Source: an uncultured Gemmatimonadales bacterium (lineage in GTDB: Bacteria; Gemmatimonadota; Gemmatimonadetes; Gemmatimonadales; GWC2-71-9). From it: a stretch of 64,000 bases of DNA. Position 1 is the stretch's first letter; each line of letters begins with the position of its first letter. The notes beneath the pieces were generated by a model. The model was not told the origin of the DNA. It did not search any database and saw nothing but the letters and a program-made list of their open reading frames with translations. Shown here in pieces: positions 10,093 through 21,843 of the stretch. The stretch lies in the NCBI GenBank assembly GCA_963815515.1, contig CAWFGP010000001.1:1070133-1134132 (forward strand), in the 5' to 3' direction. A program made the position numbers and the translations under genes.

Positions 10093-11474
10093 GCCTCCAG
10101 GATCTCGACCCGGACGTGCGGCTCGATCTCGCGGCGGTCGATCAGCGCCGGCCAGTAGGCCACGACCTCCTCGACCGCCGGGCGGCCTCCGGCGAAGCCC
10201 GTCACGCTCGGCGGCCCGGTGAGGACCAGTGGCGCGATCTCGCGGGTGAACCGCTCGACCGGCGCCTTCTCCCGCGCCCGCACGCCCACCCGGAGCTGCA
10301 CCTCGGGCAGATCGGGATGCGGTGGCCCGCTCAACCGGCCGTGCGCGGCGTCGACGCCGACGAACTCGGTGAGGATCTGGTCGAACGCCAGGCCGAGGTC
10401 GGCGAGGCGCTGGCGGAGGACGCGGTCGGCCGCCCTGGCCTTGTCGTAGGCTTCCGGCCACGCATAGACCAGCGTGCCGACCGCCTTGTACCCCCAGAAG
10501 TAGGCGATGGAGACCTTGAGCATGGCGGTGCGCGGCCCGCCGCGGATGCCGCTCACCCGCACCCGGTCCCGCCCGGCGGGCCGGAGCTGAATGGTCGTGA
10601 AGTCGGCGACGCCGTCAGGCGTGATGTAGCTCCGCGGGTCGCCCATCTCGTACACCAGCTGTTCCGTGACCGACGCAACGGAAACGACGCCGCCCGTCCC
10701 CGGATGCTTGGTGATGACGAACGAGCCGTCCGGCGACGCCTCGGCGATGGGAAACCCGGGGTTGGCGAGGCCCTTCACGCCGCGCCAGCCCTTGAGCAGG
10801 TTGCCGCCCGAGGCCTGTGCGCCGCATTCGATGATGTGCCCCGCCACCGTCCCCGCGGCCACCTTGTCCCAGTCGTCCGGCGACCAGCCGAATTCGTGGA
10901 AGATCGGGCCCAGCGTGAGCCCGGTGTCGGTGACTCGTCCCGTGACGACGACGTCTGCCCCGCCCTTGAGCGCCTCGACGATCGGCGCCATGCCCAGGTA
11001 GGCATTGGCGCTGAGCACCCGATCGCGGATGTCGGCGAGCGGGCGGCCGGTTTCCATATCGCTCAACGGGTGCCCGCGGCCGATCAGCTCGTCGAGCCGG
11101 CCGAGGATGTCGTCGCCCGAGACCAGCCCGACCCGGAGCTTTCGCGGAAGCCCCAGGCGGCGCGCGACCGCCAGCACCGCCTCGGCGCAGCCCCGCGGGT
11201 TGACTCCGCCCGCATTCGAGGTGACGCGGACCCCGCGCTCGACGAGGTCGGGCAGGATCCGCTCCATGAGCGGCACGAAGTCGCGCGCGTAGCCGGCGGA
11301 CGGATCGCGCGACTTCTGCTTCTGCATGATGGACATCGTCACTTCGGCGAGGTAGTCCATCATCAGGTAGTCGATCGGGCCGCCGCGCACCTGGCGCACC
11401 GGCGCTTCGAGCCAGTCGCCCCAGAACCCCTGCCCCGCGGCGATGCGGACGGTGCGGCCGTCGCGCATCGTCAT
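10089..11474 (-). CDS. acyclic terpene utilization AtuA family protein (DUF1446)
   Basis: [51 protein letters not shown]. Confidence 0.9.
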   Translation of the reverse strand: MTMRDGRTVRIAAGQGFWGDWLEAPVRQVRGGPIDYLMMDYLAEVTMSIMQKQKSRDPSAGYARDFVPLMERILPDLVERGVRVTSNAGGVNPRGCAEAVLAVARRLGLPRKLRVGLVSGDDILGRLDELIGRGHPLSDMETGRPLADIRDRVLSANAYLGMAPIVEALKGGADVVVTGRVTDTGLTLGPIFHEFGWSPDDWDKVAAGTVAGHIIECGAQASGGNLLKGWRGVKGLANPGFPIAEASPDGSFVITKHPGTGGVVSVASVTEQLVYEMGDPRSYITPDGVADFTTIQLRPAGRDRVRVSGIRGGPRTAMLKVSIAYFWGYKAVGTLVYAWPEAYDKARAADRVLRQRLADLGLAFDQILTEFVGVDAAHGRLSGPPHPDLPEVQLRVGVRAREKAPVERFTREIAPLVLTGPPSVTGFAGGRPAVEEVVAYWPALIDRREIEPHVRVEILEA

Positions 11475-14383
11475 GGGACGAGGGCCGTGCCCGGGGGGGA
11501 GAGCTCGATCTCCCGGGTCCAACTCCGGTCATCCGCGCGCGCCACCAGGAGCCCGAGCGGGATGAACTTGGGGCCGAGCGGCCAGGGCGAGGCGGGAAGC
11601 GCGAAGTCGGCGGTGGCCGTGGCGTGCGGCGCGATGCGCTGGGTACCGGTATCGGCCCGCGCCAGCACGACGGACGTGTCGGCGTAGATCCGGATCGAGG
11701 CGCGGAGGCTCCATCGCTGGTCGCCGGCCGGGTCGGCGAAGCCGGGGAAGAGCCCGAGCGTCACCGGTACGTCGCCATGGCCTTCGGGCAGCTCCACCTG
11801 CAGGCGGCCGAAGTCGTAGTTGAGCGGCTGCTTGCCGAGCTGCTGGCCGAGCGAATCGAACAGCGTTACGCCGAAGTCGGTGAACCTGCCCCACTGCGCG
11901 CGGTCCATCGTGATGTCGATCACGACGCCGCGGGACCAGCTGGGCACGACGAAGGGAATCTTCTGCGCGGCCGAGCCGCTCGCGGTCACCGTCTCGAGCC
12001 GGGCCGCGCCGCCCAGGTGCATTCCGACCAGCGCCTCGACCGGCGCGCCGGTGAGGTTGGTGAAGCTCGCGTGTACCGATTCCCCCCGCCGCTCGGCCTT
12101 GAGCGCGAGCGGCGACTGGCTCACCGACACGGTGGCGCTCAGTGCCTCGCCCGGCGGCACCACGACGACCGACTCGTATGCCCCCGGCAGCACGTCGCGC
12201 GAGTCCGCCTCGTACTCCGCGCTCTGCGGACCGAAGCCCGCCGACCGCGCGCCCTCGTCGCGGAACGGCATGCCGTCCGGCTCGTGCAGGAACGACAGGG
12301 CGCGCTCGGCGCGGCCGTTGGTCTCGACGACCAGCGCGAACGGGCGGGCGCTGTCGGCCTGGAAGAAGGTGCGGAGCGTGCCGCCGCCGGGCAGCGCGGC
12401 CTTGTCGCGGAGCGTCCGGGTGCCGGGGGCCACCGGCGCCGCGGCAACCACCGTAACGACCAGGCGGAACGCGGGACCGGCCAGCGTGTCGGTACCCCAC
12501 GCCGTGATCGTCCCGACCGCGACATCCGGGGGGGCGATGGCCTTTCGGCCGACCTTGAGCTGAAGGGTCGTGCGCGTCCCCTTGAGCGTCACCGAGGCAG
12601 GGCCGGTGAGCCAGGGCGCGTCGCTTCGGAGCGCGTACGTCGCCGGGGTGGCACTCGCCGGCCGGACCAGCTCGAAGCTCTGCACGGTGTCGGGCAAGCT
12701 GCCCACTCCGCGGAGCAGCGCGGCGGTGGCATCGCCCGGTCCCACCGCCCGGACGCCCACCTCGGCCACGGTGGGCGCCGACGAGAGCCAGCGCCAGGCC
12801 CGGTCGACGTCGGCCAGCCCGCTGCCCTCGTCGACGAAGGTGGCACCCGGGGTGGGCTGCGCCGTCGCCATCAGCGCCTGCCGCACATCGCGTGCGGTGA
12901 CCGGACGCCGTGCCCTGCTGGCGGCCGATTCGAGCAGCGCCGCGAGGCCGGCGGCATGCGGCGCCGCCATGCTGGTGCCCTGCTCGACCTCGTCCCCGGC
13001 GTTCCAGAGCGGCACCGTGCTGTAGGCCACGCCCGGGGTCACGATGTCCGGCCGCGCGACCTCGCCGCCGCGTGAGCTGAAATACGCCAGCAGGTCCGGC
13101 GAGGGCGCGCCGTTCGGGCCCGGGGGCAGGAAACTCGATGGAAGCGTGGCCCCCACGCTGATGGCGCGGCTCGCGCTGCCCGGGAAGCCGATCGTCGAGA
13201 GTCCTGGGCCGTCGTTGCCGGCGCTGATCGCGAGCACCACGTCCGGATGGGCGGCGAGCACCGAGTCGACGATGCCGTCGATTCGCGCCTTGCCCTCGAG
13301 CTCGTTGCCCACCCCGAAGCTCATGTTGAGCACCAGCGGAAGGTGCCGCGCTTCGGCGAGGGTGATGGCGTAGTCCATTGCGCGGAGCATGCTGCCGGTG
13401 GTCGAGATGCCGCCCTGCGCGCTGTTTGCGATCTTGAGGCCGAGCAGCTGCGCCCCGGGCGCCACGCCATCGAAGCCCGGCACGCCGTACAGCTCGTGAC
13501 CCGCGGCGATGCCGGAGACGTGCGTCCCATGTCCGCCGGTGTCGAAGAAGAGATCGAGCTCCGGCATGGCGGGGTCGGCGCCGAAGTTGGCCGCGACGTT
13601 CACGCGGGGGTGGCCGCCCTTCGGGGCCCAGCCGAAGCTCTCTCGGCCCGCGAGGTAGTCGTGGATCGGCCGCTCGCCCGCGAGCGAGCCGTCGCCGTCG
13701 GTGTCGGCCAGAAGCACCCAGCCGTCGGTGGCACGCACCACGACGATCGGCAGCGTGTCGCGCACGGCCCCGTTGCCGTTGAGATCGGCCGCCGGCGGCG
13801 GGCCGAGCGGCAGCTCGGCGATGGTGCCGGCGTAGTATGGCCCGGCGGTACTGAGCGCCATCACGCGCCCGAACCCGCCGAGCCGCCGGCCGCCGACCTC
13901 GACCGAGTCACCCGCCGGCGTCACCCGCGCGAGCGGCACCGCGCCTTCGCCGGAGAAGTCGCGCAGGTCGAGGATCTTCGGGCCGCCGGTGGAGGTGGTG
14001 AGCAGCCCGGGCACGCCCGGGTCGATGCCGGTGTCCAGAATCCCGATCAGCACGCCGCGGCCGTCGGCCTCAGGCTGGGCGCGCAGGAACCGATCCACGC
14101 CGGTGCTCGAGAGTGGCATCCAGCCGTGGGCATGCGCCACCTCGGGCGGCGCCACGCGGCGCACCAAGTCGGCGGACGGCGTGGCCGGAGAGGTTCCCGG
14201 GGCCGGGGCGCCCGCCACACCCGCACGGCCAGTGTCCGGCGACGTCACGCCCGGGGGCGCCACGCCGGCGCTGTCCCGCTTTGCCGTCGGTGCGGGGCCC
14301 GATGCCGCCGGCCGGCCGGAAGCACAGGCGAGCGCGGCGGCGAGGGCCGGGGCGATCAGAGCGGTGAGCAGCGACGGACGCAT
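11471..14383 (-). CDS. S8 serine peptidase, tripeptidyl-peptidase-II-like, probable lipoprotein
   Basis: Signal peptide with lipobox ALAC; [42 protein letters not shown] catalytic motifs. Confidence 0.88.
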   Translation of the reverse strand: MRPSLLTALIAPALAAALACASGRPAASGPAPTAKRDSAGVAPPGVTSPDTGRAGVAGAPAPGTSPATPSADLVRRVAPPEVAHAHGWMPLSSTGVDRFLRAQPEADGRGVLIGILDTGIDPGVPGLLTTSTGGPKILDLRDFSGEGAVPLARVTPAGDSVEVGGRRLGGFGRVMALSTAGPYYAGTIAELPLGPPPAADLNGNGAVRDTLPIVVVRATDGWVLLADTDGDGSLAGERPIHDYLAGRESFGWAPKGGHPRVNVAANFGADPAMPELDLFFDTGGHGTHVSGIAAGHELYGVPGFDGVAPGAQLLGLKIANSAQGGISTTGSMLRAMDYAITLAEARHLPLVLNMSFGVGNELEGKARIDGIVDSVLAAHPDVVLAISAGNDGPGLSTIGFPGSASRAISVGATLPSSFLPPGPNGAPSPDLLAYFSSRGGEVARPDIVTPGVAYSTVPLWNAGDEVEQGTSMAAPHAAGLAALLESAASRARRPVTARDVRQALMATAQPTPGATFVDEGSGLADVDRAWRWLSSAPTVAEVGVRAVGPGDATAALLRGVGSLPDTVQSFELVRPASATPATYALRSDAPWLTGPASVTLKGTRTTLQLKVGRKAIAPPDVAVGTITAWGTDTLAGPAFRLVVTVVAAAPVAPGTRTLRDKAALPGGGTLRTFFQADSARPFALVVETNGRAERALSFLHEPDGMPFRDEGARSAGFGPQSAEYEADSRDVLPGAYESVVVVPPGEALSATVSVSQSPLALKAERRGESVHASFTNLTGAPVEALVGMHLGGAARLETVTASGSAAQKIPFVVPSWSRGVVIDITMDRAQWGRFTDFGVTLFDSLGQQLGKQPLNYDFGRLQVELPEGHGDVPVTLGLFPGFADPAGDQRWSLRASIRIYADTSVVLARADTGTQRIAPHATATADFALPASPWPLGPKFIPLGLLVARADDRSWTREIELSPPGTALVP

Positions 14384-14390
14384 GCGGGTC

Positions 14391-16010
14391 CTAGCGGGAG
14401 GTGGCCGCGTCGAGCGGCGGGAGCACGAAGGGGCCGAGATGCGGCCCGGCGTAGTTGGCGGCGATCCGGAGCGTGAAGGCGAGCTGGTCGCGCGTCTCTT
14501 CGGGAGTGAGGATGGCGTCCACCTGCCCGCGCGCGGCCGCGTAGCGCGCGTCGAGCTGGGCCTCGTAGTCGGCGCGCATCGAGGCCACGGACGCCTGCAC
14601 GTCGGCGGTGAGCTCGCGCCGCTCGCGCTGCGCCCGATCGAGCTCGGTCCCATGCACGGCCATGACCGCAGCCTCGCCCTCCATCACGCCCATGCGGCCC
14701 GTCGGCCAGGACAGGATGAAGTCGGGATCGAAGCCCTGGCCCGCCATGGCATAGTAGCCGGCGCCGGAGGCGTGGTTGACCGTGAGCACGATCTTGGGCA
14801 CGGCGGCGGTGGCCATCGCCTCGACGAAGTGGGCGCCGGCGCGGATGATGCCGCTCTGCTCGGCCTCGGGGCCGACCATGAACCCGCTCACGTCTTGCAC
14901 GAACAGGATCGGCAAGCGCTCGCGGCTGGCGGTTTCGATGAAATAGGCCACCTTCTCGGCGCTGCCGGTGTAGACGATGCCCCCGAACCGGGGCCGCTCG
15001 TCGGGCCGGCCCTTGATGATGCCACGCTGGTTGGCGATCACCGCCACCGGCCACCCCTCGATGTGCGCGTGCCCGCAGAGCATCTCGCGCGCCACGCCGG
15101 GCTGGAACTCGTCCAGGGCGCCGCCGTCGAGCAGTGCGTCGAGCACGTGGCGCATGTCGTACGAGAGCCGGTGGTCCTGCGGCAGGAGGTCGTACAGCGC
15201 CTCGGGTGGCCGTGCCGGCGGCATCGGCGGCCGCACCTGATGGCGGATGCCGTCGAGCCGAGGGAGCCGCGCGACGTAGGCCCGGATCCGGACCAGGCAC
15301 TCCGCGTCGTTGGCGGCACGGTAGTGCGCGACGGCGCTCACGTCGGTGTGGGTGACGGCGCCGCCGAGCGTCTCGGCGTCGATGGTCTGCCCGGTCGCGC
15401 CCTTCACGAGGTTGGGGCCGCCGAGGCCCATGAAGCTGGTGCCCTCGACCATGAAGATCACGTCGGACAGCGCCGGCAGGTACGCGCCCCCGGCGATGCA
15501 GCTCCCCATCACCGCGCTGATCTGCGGGACGTGAAGATACCGGCGCATGATCGAGTTGTAGTAGAAGATGCGGGCGGCGCCGTACTGACCGGGGAAGACG
15601 CCGCCCTGATACGGCAGGTTCACGCCCGCGCTGTCGACCAGATAGATGATCGGGATCCGCTGGCGCATGGCGACTTCCTGCGCGCGGAGGATCTTGCGGA
15701 TGGTCTCGGGCCACCAGGAGCCGGCCTTCACCGTGGCGTCGTTCGCAACCACTACCACCTCACGACCCTCGACCACGCCGACGCCGGTGATGACGCCGGC
15801 ACCGGGCGCCTGCCCATCGTACTGATCGTAGGCCACGAGCAGGCCGAGCTCGAGCCAGGGTGTGTCCGGATCGAGCAGCTTCGCCACCCGCTCCCGGGGC
15901 GCCAGCTTCCCCTGCTGGTGCATCTTGGCGACGCGCGCCGCGCCGCCCCCCGCGCGCAAGCGCTCGGCGAGCTGCCGGTATTCGTCGGTGAGCGCCCGGA
16001 GGCGGCTTAC
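14391..16010 (-). CDS. acyl-CoA carboxylase carboxyltransferase subunit (methylcrotonyl-CoA carboxylase beta-like)
   Basis: [61 protein letters not shown]; start codon uncertain. Confidence 0.9.
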   Translation of the reverse strand, partial: VSRLRALTDEYRQLAERLRAGGGAARVAKMHQQGKLAPRERVAKLLDPDTPWLELGLLVAYDQYDGQAPGAGVITGVGVVEGREVVVVANDATVKAGSWWPETIRKILRAQEVAMRQRIPIIYLVDSAGVNLPYQGGVFPGQYGAARIFYYNSIMRRYLHVPQISAVMGSCIAGGAYLPALSDVIFMVEGTSFMGLGGPNLVKGATGQTIDAETLGGAVTHTDVSAVAHYRAANDAECLVRIRAYVARLPRLDGIRHQVRPPMPPARPPEALYDLLPQDHRLSYDMRHVLDALLDGGALDEFQPGVAREMLCGHAHIEGWPVAVIANQRGIIKGRPDERPRFGGIVYTGSAEKVAYFIETASRERLPILFVQDVSGFMVGPEAEQSGIIRAGAHFVEAMATAAVPKIVLTVNHASGAGYYAMAGQGFDPDFILSWPTGRMGVMEGEAAVMAVHGTELDRAQRERRELTADVQASVASMRADYEAQLDARYAAARGQVDAILTPEETRDQLAFTLRIAANYAGPHLGPFVLPPLDAATSR

Positions 16011-16456
16011 CGCTCCAGGTGTTCGGACGCCCACGAGGTGATGTAGGTAATGAGATCGGAGGTGGGCGTCCCCGGGCCGAACAGCTGTCCGATGCCCTGC
16101 GCACGGAGCGCGTCCATGTCCTCGGCAGGGATGATGCCGCCGCCGGTCACCAGCACGTCGGGGCGCCCCATCGCGTCGAGCAGCTGGCGGACCCGGGGGA
16201 AGAGGGTCATGTGGGCGCCCGAGAGGATCGAGAGCCCGACCACGTCGACATCCTCCTGGACCGCCGCGGTCGCGATCATCTCGGGCGTCTGGTGCAGCCC
16301 GGTATAGACGACCTCCATCCCCGCATCGCGCAGCGCCGCGGCGACGACCTTGGCGCCCCGGTCGTGGCCGTCGAGCCCCGGCTTGGCGACGAGCACCCGG
16401 ATCGGGCGGGGCAGTGGCCGCGAGGCTCCGGAGCCGTACGAGGGTGCAGCCGTCAT
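16007..16456 (-). CDS. acyl-CoA mutase small (cobalamin-binding) subunit
   Basis: [11 protein letters not shown] (DxHxxG), [14 protein letters not shown]. Confidence 0.93.
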   Translation of the reverse strand: MTAAPSYGSGASRPLPRPIRVLVAKPGLDGHDRGAKVVAAALRDAGMEVVYTGLHQTPEMIATAAVQEDVDVVGLSILSGAHMTLFPRVRQLLDAMGRPDVLVTGGGIIPAEDMDALRAQGIGQLFGPGTPTSDLITYITSWASEHLER

Positions 16457-17157
16457 GAGGCGAGTCTCTCCTTAAGCAGGTCGTCGGCGAGCTCCCCGAG
16501 CGAGCCGACGGCGGCACATCCCGCGGGCCGCGGGGCGCCGGGCGGCACGAGCAGCACCGCCGGAATGCCGGCGGCGTTCGCCCCGAGGACGTCCACGTCG
16601 AACAGGTCGCCCAGGTACAGCGCCTCGGCCGGCGGCACGTCGAGCACGTCGAGCGCGGCCCGGAAGATAGCGGGGTCGGGCTTCTCGACGCCGATCAGAG
16701 CCGAATCCACCACCACGTCGAAGTATCCGCGGAGTCCCGCGGCCTCGAGCGCTTCCGCGACCCGGCCGTCGCTGTTCGACACCACACCGAGCTTGAGACC
16801 GGCGCCCCGGAGGCGCTCGAGGGCGTCGTGCGTATCGCCCGCGGTGCCGCTCCAGAGATGCCGCTCCAGGTGCAGCCGTGCCAGGCAGTCCCTCACCTCG
16901 GGCAGCCGTTCGGCGGGCACGCCCGCCTCGAGGAAGAGTGCCTCCAGGTAGGCCGTGGCGCGCGCGCGATCGTCGACCCGCGGCCCTTCCATGGCGCGGC
17001 TCGCGGCGGCACCGCCCGCCGCCAGCACCGCGCCGGTGAGCGGCATGCCCAGCGCCGCTCCGACCGCCGCGGCCATGCGCGGGTGATCGAGAAAGAGGAG
17101 CGTGTTGCCGGCATCGAACAGGACCGCGCGGAGCGGCACGTCGTGCTCGACGATCAC
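16453..17157 (-). CDS. HAD family hydrolase
   Basis: [31 protein letters not shown]. Confidence 0.9.
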   Translation of the reverse strand: MIVEHDVPLRAVLFDAGNTLLFLDHPRMAAAVGAALGMPLTGAVLAAGGAAASRAMEGPRVDDRARATAYLEALFLEAGVPAERLPEVRDCLARLHLERHLWSGTAGDTHDALERLRGAGLKLGVVSNSDGRVAEALEAAGLRGYFDVVVDSALIGVEKPDPAIFRAALDVLDVPPAEALYLGDLFDVDVLGANAAGIPAVLLVPPGAPRPAGCAAVGSLGELADDLLKERLAS

Positions 17158-17161
17158 GGGC

Positions 17162-18295
17162 TCAGCGGAATCGGAGCAGCGCCGCCAGCCCGTCCACCGA
17201 GTCGCGCGCCTCGGGCTCGTACACCACGTTGAGGTCGACCCCCTGCCGAAGCGCCTCTTCGATCGCGTCGTCGACGACGTCGAGCACCGGGACCGGCTCG
17301 CCCTCGCCCCGGCACTCGCGCTCGGTGCGGGCCAGGCGGCCGGACGCGCAGCGGAAGCCGGGCTCGCTGGCGTCGGCGTGGACGAGGAGCGTGCGCACCT
17401 GCCCCCGCGAGAGTGCGTGGAGCGTGGGATCCATCCCGTTCAGGCTCCACCCGCTGCCCAGGCCTTCGAGCATTTCGCCCACCTGGGTCCGCTCCTCCTC
17501 GCGCTCCCACGCCTCGCGGACGGCGAGCGTGGCGGCGTGGACGGCCGGGGGCGTCGCCTCCTTGGGATTCAGCCGGGCGGTGCCGATGACGCGCTCCACC
17601 AGATAGTTGTGCAGGAACGGCTCCACGGCGCCGGCGTCCGTTCCCGTCCCCGCGATCACGATGCCGTGCGCCGGTTGCCGGCGGTCCAGCGTGAACAGCT
17701 CGCGCGCGATGGCCTCGTAGTGGCGCTGTTTCTCGGTGCGGATCCGGTTGTGGTAGGTGTGCTCGCCCCAGCCCGGGCCGCTCTGGTCGCCGTGGAACCG
17801 CCCGCCCCGCGTGCTGTCGGCCCGGAGGCCCGACAGTTCCCGGGTGTCGTAGGCCGTCACCTCGAAGAACCGGGCGCCCATCCGGTCCAGCACCACCGTG
17901 AGCAGGCGGCCGAACTCGTCCTCGACCGACGCGAGCTCGCGGATGAGCGGCGTCGCGTCCACGGCCAGGCGCGAGCGGTGGACCATCGGCAGGGGCAGCG
18001 CTTCGAACAAGCCGATGGCCTCGCAGGCGAACAGCGCGATACCCTGCGACGACGGCAGATTCGCGGGCACCCGGAGAAACTGCTGGATTCGCTCGAGGTC
18101 CCGGACGATCGCCTCCTGCACGCCTCGCGGCAGGCCGAGCCGCGGCAGCGCCTGGGTCACCTCCCGCACGCGATTCTTGACCTTGATGAGGTACTTCCCA
18201 CGGCTCCGGTCCCGCGGCTCAAGCTTCAGGTAGCAGCTGACCACCCGGTGCGCGCCCGGGCGCACCGCGGCGAGCCGCGCCAGCCGCTCGGCCAC
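17162..18295 (-). CDS. bacterial eRF1/aRF1-like protein (baeRF type)
   Basis: VVSCYL..GIALFAC N-domain, RNase-H-fold middle domain (LTVVLDRMGARFF), L7Ae-like end (TLHALSRGQVRTLLV..GLAALLRF); start uncertain. Confidence 0.7.
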   Translation of the reverse strand: MAERLARLAAVRPGAHRVVSCYLKLEPRDRSRGKYLIKVKNRVREVTQALPRLGLPRGVQEAIVRDLERIQQFLRVPANLPSSQGIALFACEAIGLFEALPLPMVHRSRLAVDATPLIRELASVEDEFGRLLTVVLDRMGARFFEVTAYDTRELSGLRADSTRGGRFHGDQSGPGWGEHTYHNRIRTEKQRHYEAIARELFTLDRRQPAHGIVIAGTGTDAGAVEPFLHNYLVERVIGTARLNPKEATPPAVHAATLAVREAWEREEERTQVGEMLEGLGSGWSLNGMDPTLHALSRGQVRTLLVHADASEPGFRCASGRLARTERECRGEGEPVPVLDVVDDAIEEALRQGVDLNVVYEPEARDSVDGLAALLRFR

Positions 18296-18374
18296 CTCCG
18301 GTACCAGCTCGCGCGCCCGCCCGCGTCCGTTGCCCGACGGCCGTGCCCTCGTCCGCCCCGCCGTCCGTCTGCCG

Positions 18375-20087
18375 TCAATAGAAGATCGGCTCCCGATAAC
18401 TGCCATAGATGTCCTCGAGCACATGCCGGATCTCGTACAGCGTGCAGTAGGCACGCGCGCAGTCGAGCATGGCTGGAATGATGTTTCGGTCTTCGGCGGC
18501 GGCGCGCCGCAGCTCCCCGAGGCGCGACTCGACCAGCGCCGAGTCCCGCTCCGCCCGCACGCGGGCCAGCCGCACGCGCTGGATCTGCTCGGCCGCGTCC
18601 CCGACCTTGAGGATCTCGACCGGCGCCTCCGCCTCCTCCACGAAATCGTTCAACCCGACAACCGTCCTGACTCCCCGCTCCACTTCGGCCTGGAAACGCA
18701 TCGAGCTGGCGGCGATCTGCCGCTGGAACCAGCCGGACTCGATCGCTCGGACCACGCCGCCCTGGGCCTCGATCTCGGCGAACAGGCCCTCCGCCTCCCG
18801 CTCCAGTCCGTCAGTGAGCGCCTCGACGTAGTACGATCCGCCCAGCGGATCGGCCACGTTCGGCACCCCGGTTTCGTACGCCAGGATCTGCTGCGTCCGG
18901 AGCGCGATGCGGACCGACTCCTCGGTGGGCAACGCGAGGGTCTCGTCGAGTGCGTTGGTGTGGAGCGACTGGGTGCCGCCGAGCACCGCCGCGAGCGCCT
19001 GGTACGACACCCGCACCACGTTGTTGTGCGGCTGCTGGGCCGTGAGCGTCACGCCGGCGGTCTGGCAGTGGAAGCGCATCCGCCAGCTCCGCGCGTCGCG
19101 CGCCCCGTAGCGCTGGCGCATGTGCCGGGCCCAGATGCGGCGCGCGGCGCGAAGCTTGGCGATCTCCTCGAAGAAATCGTTGTGGATATCCCAGAAGAAC
19201 GACAGACGGGGCGCGAACGCGTCGACAGCGAGTCCGCGGGCCAGCCCGTGCTCCACGTAGCAGAACCCGTTGGCCAGGGTGAACGCGAGCTCCTGCGCGG
19301 CGGTGGACCCGGCCTCGCGGATGTGATAGCCCGAGATGGAGATCGTGTTCCACTTGGGCGTGTGCTCCGCCGCCCACTCGAACAGGTCGACGATGATCTT
19401 GAGCGCGGGCTCCGCGGGGAAGATCCAGGCGTGCTGCGCCATGTATTCCTTGAGAATGTCGTTCTGAATCGTGCCCTGGAGCTGCGCGATCGGCACGCCC
19501 TGGCGCTCGGCGGCGGCGACGTAGAAGCAGAACAGCATCGCGGCCGGGCCATTGATCGTCATCGAGGTCGAGACCCGGTCCAGCGGAATCCCGTCGAACA
19601 ACGTCTCCATGTCGGCCAGGCTCGAAATGGCGACACCGCACTTGCCCACCTCGCCTTCCGACCGCGGATGGTCGGCGTCGTAACCCATCAGGGTCGGAAA
19701 ATCGAACGCGACCGAGAGACCGGTCTGCCCGCGCTCCAGCAGGAACTTGTACCGCTCGTTGGTGTCGTCGGCGGTGCCGAAGCCCGCGAACTGGCGCATC
19801 GTCCAGAGCCGGCCACGGTACATCGTCGGGTGGATCCCGCGGGTGAACGGATACTCGCCCGGCATCCCGGCGGCCTCGTGCAGGCCCGGCTGCAGGTCCA
19901 ACGGCGTATATACCGGCTCCACCGCGCGGCCGGAGACCGACGTGAAATCGCTGTCCGTGCGGGTGGGGAGTCCGGACGCGGCCGCCCGCCAGACCGCGAC
20001 TTCCGCGCGGAGCCGCGCGAGCTCGCGCTCCTGCTCGGCCAGGCGCCGGGAGACCTCGGCATCGTGTTCGGTGCTCCACGTCGTCAT
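18375..20087 (-). CDS. B12-dependent acyl-CoA mutase large subunit (isobutyryl-CoA mutase-like)
   Basis: [52 protein letters not shown]. Confidence 0.92.
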   Translation of the reverse strand: MTTWSTEHDAEVSRRLAEQERELARLRAEVAVWRAAASGLPTRTDSDFTSVSGRAVEPVYTPLDLQPGLHEAAGMPGEYPFTRGIHPTMYRGRLWTMRQFAGFGTADDTNERYKFLLERGQTGLSVAFDFPTLMGYDADHPRSEGEVGKCGVAISSLADMETLFDGIPLDRVSTSMTINGPAAMLFCFYVAAAERQGVPIAQLQGTIQNDILKEYMAQHAWIFPAEPALKIIVDLFEWAAEHTPKWNTISISGYHIREAGSTAAQELAFTLANGFCYVEHGLARGLAVDAFAPRLSFFWDIHNDFFEEIAKLRAARRIWARHMRQRYGARDARSWRMRFHCQTAGVTLTAQQPHNNVVRVSYQALAAVLGGTQSLHTNALDETLALPTEESVRIALRTQQILAYETGVPNVADPLGGSYYVEALTDGLEREAEGLFAEIEAQGGVVRAIESGWFQRQIAASSMRFQAEVERGVRTVVGLNDFVEEAEAPVEILKVGDAAEQIQRVRLARVRAERDSALVESRLGELRRAAAEDRNIIPAMLDCARAYCTLYEIRHVLEDIYGSYREPIFY

Positions 20088-21178
20088 ATGCGCTCGCCCT
20101 GTTTGAGGCCGTCCAGCACCTCCGCGGCCACCTCGTACGGACTCACCCGCCCCGCCACGATCTCGTCGAGCCGCTCGGCGATCCGCTCGTCCGCCCGGGT
20201 CTCATCCCAGATCCAGCGCCGGGTGGCCCGCTCCACGACCTCTCGCGTCCGGTCGAGCAGACGCCGGCGGCGGCGCGCGTCGAGCGTCCCGCTCGCCGCG
20301 AGCCACGCGTGGTGGCGGTCGAGGGCCTCGATCAGCTCGGTGACGCCGTCGCCCTTGGCGGCGACGGTGAGGAGGACGGGGGGGGACCAGGTCGGGCGGT
20401 CAGGCGGGCGGGCGGGCAGGCGGGCGGTTGCTTCCGAACCGTCCGACGGTCCGACTGCCTGACCTCCTGCCCGCCCGCCCGCCTGACCGCCTGGCCGACC
20501 TCCATGATGTCCCGCCATGCCCCGAAACGCGCTCCCCTGCCGGATGCCGAGCGTGATCTCGATCTCCTGCCGCAGCTTCTCCGCGCCGGCGCGATCCGCC
20601 TTGTTGACCACGAAGAGGTCGGCGATCTCCATGACCCCCGACTTGAGCGCCTGGATCCCGTCGCCCGACTCGGGCACCAGCACGAGCACGGTCGAATCGG
20701 CCATCCGGGCGACGTCGAGCTCCGACTGCCCGACGCCGACCGTCTCCACGAGAATCAGGTCGAAGCCGGCGGCATCGAGGAGATCGCAGACCTCACGGGT
20801 CGTCGTGGCGAGGCCGCCGAGGGAGCCGCGGCTACCCATGGAACGGATATAGACGCCGTGGTCGAGGGCCACGGATTCCATCCGGATACGGTCGCCGAGC
20901 AGCGCGCCGCCGGTGAACGGGCTGGTGGGATCCACGGCCACCACGGCCACGCGGAGTCCGGCCTGCCGATAGCTGATGACGAGGCGTTCGACCAGGGTGG
21001 ATTTTCCGGCGCCCGGCGGCCCCGTGATCCCCACGCGGCGGGCCCGGCCGAGGAGCGGATGAACGTCGGCGAGCAGCCGCTCGAAGCCCGCCCGTCCATT
21101 CTCGACCACCGAGATCGCGCGGGCCAGGGCTGCCGTATTGCCGGCCCGCAGTCCCGCGAGGAGGAGGTCGGGATCCAT
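20084..21178 (-). CDS. meaB: MeaB/ArgK mutase-associated GTPase
   Basis: [44 protein letters not shown]. Confidence 0.93.
   Translation of the reverse strand: MDPDLLLAGLRAGNTAALARAISVVENGRAGFERLLADVHPLLGRARRVGITGPPGAGKSTLVERLVISYRQAGLRVAVVAVDPTSPFTGGALLGDRIRMESVALDHGVYIRSMGSRGSLGGLATTTREVCDLLDAAGFDLILVETVGVGQSELDVARMADSTVLVLVPESGDGIQALKSGVMEIADLFVVNKADRAGAEKLRQEIEITLGIRQGSAFRGMAGHHGGRPGGQAGGRAGGQAVGPSDGSEATARLPARPPDRPTWSPPVLLTVAAKGDGVTELIEALDRHHAWLAASGTLDARRRRRLLDRTREVVERATRRWIWDETRADERIAERLDEIVAGRVSPYEVAAEVLDGLKQGERI
20395..20491. repeat. intragenic inverted repeat of octamer-like units inside meaB
   Basis: 26-bp perfect arms at 20395-20420 and 20466-20491; the loop contains ACCGTCCGACGGTCCG. 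Confidence 0.85.
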
Positions 21179-21254
21179 GACGGAAAAGTCGCCTGAGGGA
21201 GGGGTGGAGGCAAGGCGAACTGCTAGCCGTTGCACCTCAGGCGGCCCCCGAGCC

Positions 21255-21833
21255 TCACGTTGCATCTTCCTCGTCGATATGGAGCTCCTTCTTCGCCGTC
21301 CAGTGGATGACGAACACCAGCACCGCACCGACCAGCACCGCCCCCAGGAGCCAGAGCTCCACCCGCCGCACGCGCCCCAGCAGGACCGTCGCGCTCCCGC
21401 TCACGGCGTAGCCCAGCCCGGTGAAGACCAGCGATCCGACCACACATCCGACCGCGTCCACCAGCACGAAGCGTGGCAGTGACATCCCGTGGAGGCCCCA
21501 GAACAGCATGCTCGCGGCCTTGGTGCCGTAGACGAAGCGGGACGCGATGAGCTCGGCCGGCCCGAGCCTGCGAGCGAGCATCTCGATCCGATGGCCGACA
21601 CGCCGGTAGAGACGGCCGGCCCGGAACCGGGGGCCGCGCAGCCGGCCCAGCATGTACCAGGCAAGGTCCCCGAGAAATCCGCCCACGACGCTCGCAGCGA
21701 CCGCGGTGGGAAAGGCGAAGTAGCCGAGATGCGCCGCCACGCCCGCCAGAATGAGGGTGAGGTCGCCCTCGACGGCCGCGCCGACGAAGACCGCGGCGAG
21801 GCCGTAGCGCAGAATGAGATGCTCGAAGCTCAC
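21255..21833 (-). CDS. DedA family membrane protein
   Basis: YGLAAVFVGAAVEG, LGDLAWYMLGR, SRFVYG. Confidence 0.88.
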   Translation of the reverse strand: MSFEHLILRYGLAAVFVGAAVEGDLTLILAGVAAHLGYFAFPTAVAASVVGGFLGDLAWYMLGRLRGPRFRAGRLYRRVGHRIEMLARRLGPAELIASRFVYGTKAASMLFWGLHGMSLPRFVLVDAVGCVVGSLVFTGLGYAVSGSATVLLGRVRRVELWLLGAVLVGAVLVFVIHWTAKKELHIDEEDAT

Positions 21834-21843
21834 GCGGGTGGCC

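Noticed and set aside
18320-18375. Possible octamer-repeat remnant (CCGCCGTCCGTCTGCCGTC) after the mutase stop
   Set aside because: Too short and degenerate to distinguish from GC-rich background.
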